In this document: one piece after another, positions 28,443 through 35,093 of the stretch
How positions within the stretch are numbered: the stretch's first letter is position 1
Layout: each line of letters begins with the position of its first letter
Origin: a virus
Taxonomy: Duplodnaviria > Caudoviricetes
Virus record (IMG/VR): IMGVR_UViG_3300032328_000592
Span: 1 to 35,093 of that record
Strand: one strand, 5' to 3'
DNA length: 35,093 nt
Position numbers and translations under genes: made by a program
The notes under the pieces: model-generated
What the model was told of the DNA's origin: nothing
Database searches by the model: none
The model's input: only the letters and a program-made list of their open reading frames with translations

Positions 28443-29279
28443 TTAGAATGGTAATTCCTCGTCAGGTGACATACCTGCTTGTGGGTCCACAGGTGTACCA
28501 CCAAATACTTCAGTAGCATCATCACCGTAAACATATTTTTTAGCTTCTGAATCCCAACGTGGAACTTCACCACGAGCAATTGCTTCTAAGTACTCAACAG
28601 GTTTCTTAGAGTAAACGTCAGCCCAAGTTGTTAGGTCGTTTTTCCAAGAATCCAATTGTTCAGCGTCTTCTGACAATTTGCTTGGGTCATCATACATTAC
28701 TGTTTGAATTGAAGTGTATTCTTTTCCTTTTGGTGTTTTTGATTTAACCAATTGGATAATCAAATCACGTCCTTCATTTGGGTCGGTCAAATTACCTTTA
28801 GCTCTCCAAATTGGAATAATTTTGTCCAAGATACCATCTTGTTTGTAGTTGTGTTTAAATCTCCAAAATTTTACACCATCTTCTTCGTGGTCACGGTCAA
28901 TAACCTTAACAATGTAAAATTTACGAGCTTTGTACTGTGCCGCCAAATCTTTGTCAGTTTGTTTGCCAGTTTTCATAAGTTCTTCGTAAACCTCAGTTAA
29001 AGGTGAACGTCCGCCTTCATTTTTGTCGGGGTCATAAAATTTGTTGTAAGTACCATTTACTTGAATTTCGTGGAACCATACTTCCTTAAAAGGAGATGAA
29101 CCATCTGTAGTTGGGAGAATTCGAATTCTTCTTTGTCCTGAATTTTCACCTTTAGGAAGAATTGCCGCGAAATAACGCTTCATTCTGTCTTCTTGTGACA
29201 TAATTGGTTGGTCACCAAATGGTTTTGTGTTTTGTTCGTACTGCGCCAGAACGGCATCAAATGTTTTGTCAGTCATCAT
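28443..29279 (-). CDS. Single-stranded DNA-binding protein, T4 gp32-like (278 aa)
   Basis: RIRILP...PFKEVWFH...FYIVKVIDRDHEEDGVKFWRF...DPNEGRDLII, with an acidic tail ending DEELPF. It lies upstream of recA. Confidence 0.8.
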   Translation of the reverse strand: MMTDKTFDAVLAQYEQNTKPFGDQPIMSQEDRMKRYFAAILPKGENSGQRRIRILPTTDGSSPFKEVWFHEIQVNGTYNKFYDPDKNEGGRSPLTEVYEELMKTGKQTDKDLAAQYKARKFYIVKVIDRDHEEDGVKFWRFKHNYKQDGILDKIIPIWRAKGNLTDPNEGRDLIIQLVKSKTPKGKEYTSIQTVMYDDPSKLSEDAEQLDSWKNDLTTWADVYSKKPVEYLEAIARGEVPRWDSEAKKYVYGDDATEVFGGTPVDPQAGMSPDEELPF

Positions 29280-29308
29280 AATTATATTATTTATCTTTTA
29301 ATGTAAGA

Positions 29309-29338
29309 TAAGTATAACACAATTTTTTCAGAAATCAA
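29309..29338 (-). promoter_or_regulatory. Putative host-RNAP (early/middle) promoter for the ssb-recA block
   Basis: Minus strand reads TTGATTtctgaaaaaattgTGtTATACTTA. This fits TTG-N19-TAnnnTTA (close to the Bacteroidota TTG-N19-TAnnTTTG pattern) or a sigma70 -35/extended -10 with a 16-nt spacer. Confidence 0.55.
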
Positions 29339-30007
29339 TTAGTACTGTAATCCTTGGTCGAAAGATTTTCTAACACTCATCTTGTCGTAGTTTTCTACAT
29401 CATCAGGTGTTAGAATATATTGTTCTTTTCCTTGTTGTCTCATTTGTGGTTCCTTTTCAGTGAAGAAATCAGATAACTTTTGACTGTAAGGACCAGAATC
29501 TAAAGACCTTAATTCCATTTTTTCTTCAGCGCTTTTTGGTCTGTATTTTTCAACTTTGTCTTCAATTGAATTAATTTTTTCAAAAATGGAATCCATTTGA
29601 GACAATTTACTTTCTAAGTCATTTAATTTAGACATCATTGAATTCATATATTCCTCTTGTTTCGACTGCATGTCTTTCTGTGAAGTAACTAATTCAGTTA
29701 TATCTAATTCTTCGGTACCACTGCCATTGTTTTTACCATCTTCAGAATCACCAGTTCCAATTTCTTCTACATCGGGGTCATTATCAATATCAATTGGGGA
29801 TGTAGTGTCAGGTGTTGATTGAGTTTCAGGTGGGGTCGCACCTCCTAAAGTTGTATCATTAGGTGCTGGTGGTGGGATTTCACCCCCTCCTGTTTCATCA
29901 CCCTCAGGTGGTGGAGGTAATGCCGCATCTTGCTCAACAATATATGTGTTGATTTGATTGTATCTATTTAACTCCTCTAAAATTGTTTTTGAAACTTTGT
30001 TTTCCAT
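29339..30007 (-). CDS. Hypothetical acidic Pro-rich / coiled-coil protein (222 aa)
   Basis: Disordered PPPPEG...DPDVEE segment followed by the heptad stretch MMSKLNDLESKLSQMDSIFEKINSIEDKVEK. Confidence 0.8.
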   Translation of the reverse strand: MENKVSKTILEELNRYNQINTYIVEQDAALPPPPEGDETGGGEIPPPAPNDTTLGGATPPETQSTPDTTSPIDIDNDPDVEEIGTGDSEDGKNNGSGTEELDITELVTSQKDMQSKQEEYMNSMMSKLNDLESKLSQMDSIFEKINSIEDKVEKYRPKSAEEKMELRSLDSGPYSQKLSDFFTEKEPQMRQQGKEQYILTPDDVENYDKMSVRKSFDQGLQY

Positions 30008-30009
30008 AA

Positions 30010-30237
30010 TTAACCGTTTAATAATGTTTTAACACCGTGAGGTGTTTCTACTTTTAATGTTTTGTTTAACTTCATAGTATTATCAACTCTTTCAATTAAA
30101 CCATCCTTTAATCTTACAGTGTAACAGTCACCAGTTTGTAAATCACAAACTTCTTTATATCCGTTACCTAAATCTTTTTCGGCAATTACAGTATCTTTCT
30201 GCAAGTAGTTGTCCAATAAATTTTTTAAATTACTCAT
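30010..30237 (-). CDS. Hypothetical protein (75 aa)
   Basis: ORF fills the gap, is preceded by TATTTAT and an A-rich leader, and ends 2 nt before the next gene. Confidence 0.7.
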   Translation of the reverse strand: MSNLKNLLDNYLQKDTVIAEKDLGNGYKEVCDLQTGDCYTVRLKDGLIERVDNTMKLNKTLKVETPHGVKTLLNG

Positions 30238-30250
30238 ATTGTTTTTCTTA

Positions 30251-30257
30251 ATAAATA
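30251..30257 (-). promoter_or_regulatory. TATTTAT element upstream of the 75-aa gene
   Basis: Minus strand reads gtTATATTTATtaagaaaaacaatATG. Confidence 0.55.
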
Positions 30258-30272
30258 TAACAATTATTTGAT

Positions 30273-33200
30273 TTAGTACAATCCAAATATTTTGGCTTGT
30301 TTATATGCCCATCTAACATTGCCAGTCCAAGTAACATAATTACTATTTTCAACATATGGTTTTGTTGATGCTCCTGAAGTATACCAAGTATCATAAAATA
30401 ACTTTATAATCGCTTCTATTTTGTTATTGTCAGTTTTTGCATCCTTAAAATAACTTTGAATTAAATTTTTATACACATCTCTAATATAGTTTATACCGTC
30501 TTCAATGTTATCAAATGTTGCAAATGGTCTAACAATATTTTCACCTGTTGTTAAACATCTATATTTTTTGATTAATGATGCTGTTGCACCTTTTGGTGGT
30601 GTATCAACTATTACACCATATAAATTATTTTGTTTATATTGTAATCTTTGGGTTATTTCTGTTGTATTACCCATCATGTATAACATACAGAACATATATG
30701 TTCTTAGGTTTGTGTCGGTAGTTGCACCACTAATTAATGTTACAAGGTTATTAACGGTAATTGAGCTAGTTATTAAATCGGCATTTGTCATATCACCATA
30801 CAATACGTTAACGTTTTCAAAACAATCTTGTGTTTGTGAATTTTTAGTTTGTACTATAAATCCTTGGTATGGTGTTCTACCTGATAAAACATAATTTTTA
30901 GCTGCGTTACCAGTTAAATATTGATTCGAACCGTCTTGAAGTGTTACTAATGTATTATTAGATACGAACTGTTTTACTTTTTCAGATAATTTTTTAGAAA
31001 AGTCTTGATTTATACTAGCTAATTCATCTGAAACTTTTGTATTAATACTTGTCGAAACCCTTTGTCCGTTAAATTCAGTATTAAAACTACCCGGTGATAT
31101 ACTATGTTTAACATTTCTAATTATATAAGTTCCGTTAAACATTGGCATGTGTCTTAATACAAAATACATTGTTGGTTGAATCATGACATTACCCAATGTT
31201 TTAACCGTACTAGTATATGAACGGTTTTTATAAAAGTCATACATTGATGTTGTTTGTTGCATAACTTTTTTTCCCGAACCTTGATTACCCAAATCAATTG
31301 TTGTTTGAATTTGTTCTGAAGATGCAACACCTTGTTCTTGATTAATATCAACCGATTTAAAAATACTTTGATTTACTGTTCCAAAATCAACAACAAAACC
31401 AACAGCTTTGTTACTGTTTTTTTCATTAGTTGAACCTTGTTGAAGTATAGGATTGTTTGTTGGGTTACCTAAATCAAAAGAATCACTTTTAAATGGGTAA
31501 TTAGGGTCGTTATCTAATGATAATGTTTGTGACGGTCTGTCAATATATTGACATAAGAACTTTGGTGCCGAATTAATATAATCCACATAAGCAAATGAAC
31601 TGAATACATCATTAGCATTATTAACAATTGACGAATTTCTATCAGTATTATTTGGTGTTGATTTACCATAAAAGTTTATATATGCCGGCATTACAAAAAA
31701 ATTCATTCTGTTGTCGGATAATATCTGTCTAACTAATGACATTATTGAATTAGACGAATTATCCCATGTACAATATTTTCGTATTGTGTCTGTGTTAATT
31801 ATTAACTCATCACCTATATCACGATTTGCTCTGTCGAAAAATAAAAATTCTTCAAATAGTAATTTCTTTTTAGTGTCTCTACCCGCAACCCATTTATCAT
31901 TAACAGCTTTAAATAATTCCCATTGTTCAAGTTTGATAATATCACCGTCTAATTTTGAATTAATATTTTGAGTTTCTTCTTGTTTCAATCCTGATAATGA
32001 TGATGGTAATTTACTTCTAAATTGTTGTTCAATAGCATTACGTTTGATTTCCGCAATGTTTAAAATATTTGTAATATCAGTTGCAAATGTTGTTGGATTA
32101 TAAGATGGGTTTAACTTCTTTTGTGTTGCATAAATTCTAATTAAAGGATATAACAATTTTATATTACCACTTCTAAATGGTATTTGATTGTCTCTGAAAA
32201 AATCATAAACAGTAGATGTTTGAGTATATTCAATACCTTCTATTGTTGAAAATCCAACATACTCTTGTAACGCAATCCAAGCTTCAGGGTCGGTGTTTTT
32301 TGATTCTTGAACGGTTTTACCATCCACACTTGGTAACGGGTTTGTATCACCTGTGTACGATTGATATGTGAACGGTTGTGTTGGTTCAAAATTTGTATTT
32401 TTAGAGAAATAACCAAATTGTTGTCTGTCAAATTTTTTAGGGTTACCGTTTTTAAAATAAACTTTAATATCAATGAATTTACTTAAAACATTGTTAATGT
32501 TTGCGGCTTGAGTATTGGCCAATATTGTGTTGCTCGTATCAGTTTCAGGATTAACCAAAAACATTTTCTTAAAAATATTAACAATATTTGCGTATGTCGT
32601 ATCATCACCTTCGGGTGAAAATATTTTTGATTCACCATCTGTTTTGCAAAATTCTTTAAATTCAGTTTCAAATGAATCTAATTGGTCTTTAGTAAAAACA
32701 CCAAATAAATCTTCAATTGAGCTATATGTTGATGCAATATCAAAATCAGTTTGGTTTTCATTTGTACCTGTTCTAACATATTTTAAATATTCTAATGGTG
32801 TAGGTTTTTTAACTTTTGAATTATCAAACCAACCATAATTTGGTGCGTTCCAAAAAGTTTTAACACCACCGTTGTACATTTGATTTAAACCACTAACTTC
32901 AGAAATGGTAACATCTGTTAAATCCCCTACAGGTCTTAATTCAAAATATGTTTGTTGAAATGGTTGAACACCAGCACTTGGAAATAGGCATTTATATCCT
33001 TGATATTGTGGTCCAAAATCAGATGTGAATTTTTCAATAATATTTAAATAAGAATACCAATTAGTAATTGGACCTCTAATTTGACTAATATTAGTGTCAG
33101 ATTTTATTATTAACTCTTGGCCAAATAACACATCAACGTCATCTAAATTATATGTTAAATCACCATTTGTGTTAACAAATAAATTGTTATTTGTTAAAAT

Positions 33201-35093
33201 CTTGTAAAAATTATTAATAACTTTTGGGTAAAATCCATTTTGGATGGTATTAGAACCTAATAATGTAAATGGTTTCTTTCCTGAATTTGCGGAACCATAA
33301 ATAATATCATATGTTTTTGTCGCCGCAGATGTAATCGGGTCATAGTTTGTTCTATAATCAAAATCCTTCCAAATTGATGATAAGATATCTTCGTTATTTT
33401 CAATATATTTTTTATAACGATACCATATTGAACCCATTTTTAGTATCCAAGCATACGGTAATTCATGTATCGCCGAAAACTTATTTAAATTGGCAAATAT
33501 GTATTCAGTCGGAACACCGTTTGTTGAATCAATATATTTCTCATGTAGTGTTGAAAGTGGTAACGAGTTCAATAACAAGTACCCTAACTTTGCGTATTTT
33601 TCATTTCCTGATGAATCACCCGCCTCAACAATTGCATTTATAAAATATGGTGTATTTAATAAACTTGTTGTTTGAGTTCTTGTTAAATTTGTATCTGCGG
33701 TATACGTTAAATTACCTTCAGTATAAAATTTCTTAGACTTATCTGTAAACCTTCCTTCATAAAAATCAATGATAATCTGGTTGGTTGATTGTGTATTAAC
33801 ATATCCAATATTACTTGTTATGTTTCTTGTTAGTGGTACAATCTTAGGTCCCGAAAAATTATCAATAACTAATTTTTTATCATTAAACCCATAGCTTTTA
33901 ACTGTTGAATATCTATTGTCTTTATTTGTTGGTTGGTCTTGCATTTTTTTAGCAAAACTTTCATCAATAAATGGATAGGTATCAAATATCGTTGTTTCAT
34001 TTGTTGTGTTATCACTAATAACACTTTTAATATTGTCTAAACTTTTAAGTTTTAATGGATTTGTTGATGACGCGTTAAAATCCCTTGTGCTTAATAGTTT
34101 CCAACTATTGTTAACTTGGTCTTTTATATATGGTGTGACAAAATTTTGTGCGGTAAAATTTGTCCATAATTCACCTGTTTCATTGTTTGATGTTGTTTTT
34201 AAATAATTATATAAGGTTGTTGTTGGTAATGTATTACCAATAACATTTTTTAAATCCCCTGTTGGTATTGATTGAACAACGTTATTTGTTTCAATATCTG
34301 AAGTTGTAAAAACAATATCTTGATTTGTATTAACATAATATAATCCTGAATAAAACGCATTAAGATAAATTCTTTCATACATTTCGTAAACATAATTAAC
34401 AACTGAATTTCTTTGTTGACTATATATAACAGGTTTAAAAGGTAATTCAATTGCATGTCCTGGCGTATACTTTACTATTAAGTCAGTATTTGGTTTTACG
34501 TCAGTTGCATAATCTTTTTCTTTTTCTAAAACACCCTTAAGGTATTCTTCAACAAATTCAACTTCGGGCCATATAACAGGGTTATACGCTTGTGTTGATT
34601 CACTGGTTGCGTTTGAGCCGGGATATGTTACTTCGTATTCAACTTTTCCTGATGTTTCTTTTTTCTGAATAAACTGAGGCCAAGGATATACAAAATAATT
34701 AGGGTTATTAGTTCTTGTTGTGTTTATAACATTCTTACCTTCTTGTGACGGATTATTAGTTAAAACGGATTTTAACCTTGCAGTATTTTCTCTTTGGTTC
34801 CAAGCATTGGTATGAACATCATCCATTAATTGATAAAACGCATCAACCGACGCCATAATGGCGCCAATAACATTTCTTACTGTTGGTCTAAATTGTAAAT
34901 CTTGTACGTTTCCATTTGTTCTAACTTTGTCTTTTAAAACATTATTTAATCGTTCAGATTCTTCTTTATATTTTTGAACAATTTGACCATCAATATTTTT
35001 AATCGTTTCAGTTTCTTTATCTACAGTATAATAATACCTATTACCTATTGTTATATCAACATTACCACTTGGCGTAACTTTTAATAGTGTACC
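30273..35093 (-). CDS. Giant putative baseplate hub protein (partial, over 1600 aa) with a C-terminal lysozyme/GH73-like domain
   Basis: The frame stays open from 34856 to the window edge (79 more codons, ...FRPTVRNVIGAIMASVD). VKTLGNVMIQPTMYFVL...FNGTYIIRNVKHSISPGSFNTEFNGQR resembles the gp27/gpD/VgrG hub C-terminus. It is followed by QNNLYGV...PFATFDNIEDGI. Confidence 0.65.
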   Translation of the reverse strand, partial: GTLLKVTPSGNVDITIGNRYYYTVDKETETIKNIDGQIVQKYKEESERLNNVLKDKVRTNGNVQDLQFRPTVRNVIGAIMASVDAFYQLMDDVHTNAWNQRENTARLKSVLTNNPSQEGKNVINTTRTNNPNYFVYPWPQFIQKKETSGKVEYEVTYPGSNATSESTQAYNPVIWPEVEFVEEYLKGVLEKEKDYATDVKPNTDLIVKYTPGHAIELPFKPVIYSQQRNSVVNYVYEMYERIYLNAFYSGLYYVNTNQDIVFTTSDIETNNVVQSIPTGDLKNVIGNTLPTTTLYNYLKTTSNNETGELWTNFTAQNFVTPYIKDQVNNSWKLLSTRDFNASSTNPLKLKSLDNIKSVISDNTTNETTIFDTYPFIDESFAKKMQDQPTNKDNRYSTVKSYGFNDKKLVIDNFSGPKIVPLTRNITSNIGYVNTQSTNQIIIDFYEGRFTDKSKKFYTEGNLTYTADTNLTRTQTTSLLNTPYFINAIVEAGDSSGNEKYAKLGYLLLNSLPLSTLHEKYIDSTNGVPTEYIFANLNKFSAIHELPYAWILKMGSIWYRYKKYIENNEDILSSIWKDFDYRTNYDPITSAATKTYDIIYGSANSGKKPFTLLGSNTIQNGFYPKVINNFYKILTNNNLFVNTNGDLTYNLDDVDVLFGQELIIKSDTNISQIRGPITNWYSYLNIIEKFTSDFGPQYQGYKCLFPSAGVQPFQQTYFELRPVGDLTDVTISEVSGLNQMYNGGVKTFWNAPNYGWFDNSKVKKPTPLEYLKYVRTGTNENQTDFDIASTYSSIEDLFGVFTKDQLDSFETEFKEFCKTDGESKIFSPEGDDTTYANIVNIFKKMFLVNPETDTSNTILANTQAANINNVLSKFIDIKVYFKNGNPKKFDRQQFGYFSKNTNFEPTQPFTYQSYTGDTNPLPSVDGKTVQESKNTDPEAWIALQEYVGFSTIEGIEYTQTSTVYDFFRDNQIPFRSGNIKLLYPLIRIYATQKKLNPSYNPTTFATDITNILNIAEIKRNAIEQQFRSKLPSSLSGLKQEETQNINSKLDGDIIKLEQWELFKAVNDKWVAGRDTKKKLLFEEFLFFDRANRDIGDELIINTDTIRKYCTWDNSSNSIMSLVRQILSDNRMNFFVMPAYINFYGKSTPNNTDRNSSIVNNANDVFSSFAYVDYINSAPKFLCQYIDRPSQTLSLDNDPNYPFKSDSFDLGNPTNNPILQQGSTNEKNSNKAVGFVVDFGTVNQSIFKSVDINQEQGVASSEQIQTTIDLGNQGSGKKVMQQTTSMYDFYKNRSYTSTVKTLGNVMIQPTMYFVLRHMPMFNGTYIIRNVKHSISPGSFNTEFNGQRVSTSINTKVSDELASINQDFSKKLSEKVKQFVSNNTLVTLQDGSNQYLTGNAAKNYVLSGRTPYQGFIVQTKNSQTQDCFENVNVLYGDMTNADLITSSITVNNLVTLISGATTDTNLRTYMFCMLYMMGNTTEITQRLQYKQNNLYGVIVDTPPKGATASLIKKYRCLTTGENIVRPFATFDNIEDGINYIRDVYKNLIQSYFKDAKTDNNKIEAIIKLFYDTWYTSGASTKPYVENSNYVTWTGNVRWAYKQAKIFGLY

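Noticed and set aside
28385-28579. 64-aa minus-strand ORF spanning the ssb end and the hairpin
   Set aside because: It is an out-of-frame overlap with ssb, shows no protein-like motif and is better explained by the terminator.
1816-34456. Remaining short + strand ORFs and alternate-frame - strand ORFs in the track (e.g. 22462-22911, 23524-23889, 30505-30894)
   Set aside because: They lie within or substantially overlap long, motif-bearing minus-strand genes and have no recognisable domains.
34854-34856. ATG at 34856 as the true start of the 1527-aa ORF
   Set aside because: The frame remains open for 79 more codons to the window edge, so the gene probably starts outside the window.
1-35093. 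Stop-codon reassignment, diversity-generating retroelement, tRNA genes, or eukaryotic giant-virus origin
   Set aside because: Genes are full-length and tightly packed in the standard code, with TAA, TGA and TAG all ending ORFs. I saw no reverse transcriptase or TR/VR pair, and no cloverleaf in the small gaps. gp25/gp6 baseplate genes and coupled operons indicate a tailed phage.

Overview
This is an AT-rich, gene-dense fragment of a large contractile-tailed (T4-like or jumbo-type) bacteriophage genome. All credible genes lie on the minus strand and read in the standard genetic code. In transcription order (right to left) it encodes a partial giant baseplate-hub-like protein and two small late genes. 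A replication/recombination block follows: gp32-like SSB, RecA/UvsX, a NUMOD3/PD-(D/E)XK homing endonuclease, a 5'-3' exonuclease, a DnaB/gp41 helicase with a class-3-signature LAGLIDADG intein, a class II B12-dependent ribonucleotide reductase and a DUF5522-like Cys-rich peptide. The baseplate/tail block then comprises gp25, gp6, a 1745-aa protein with membrane-like segments, several unknown virion proteins, an HNH endonuclease, a SprB-repeat protein, a Pro/Thr-linker protein and a partial Gly-Ser/Thr triplet-repeat fibre. Absence of Shine-Dalgarno motifs, TAnnTTTG-like promoters and SprB repeats suggest a Bacteroidota host (inference). The main unexplained signals are a recurrent TATTTAT element just before start codons, a possible three-copy RNA switch between ssb and recA, a C-terminal domain shared by two adjacent virion proteins, and a terminator embedded in the DUF5522-like gene. 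All family assignments come from motif recognition by eye; no searches were run.
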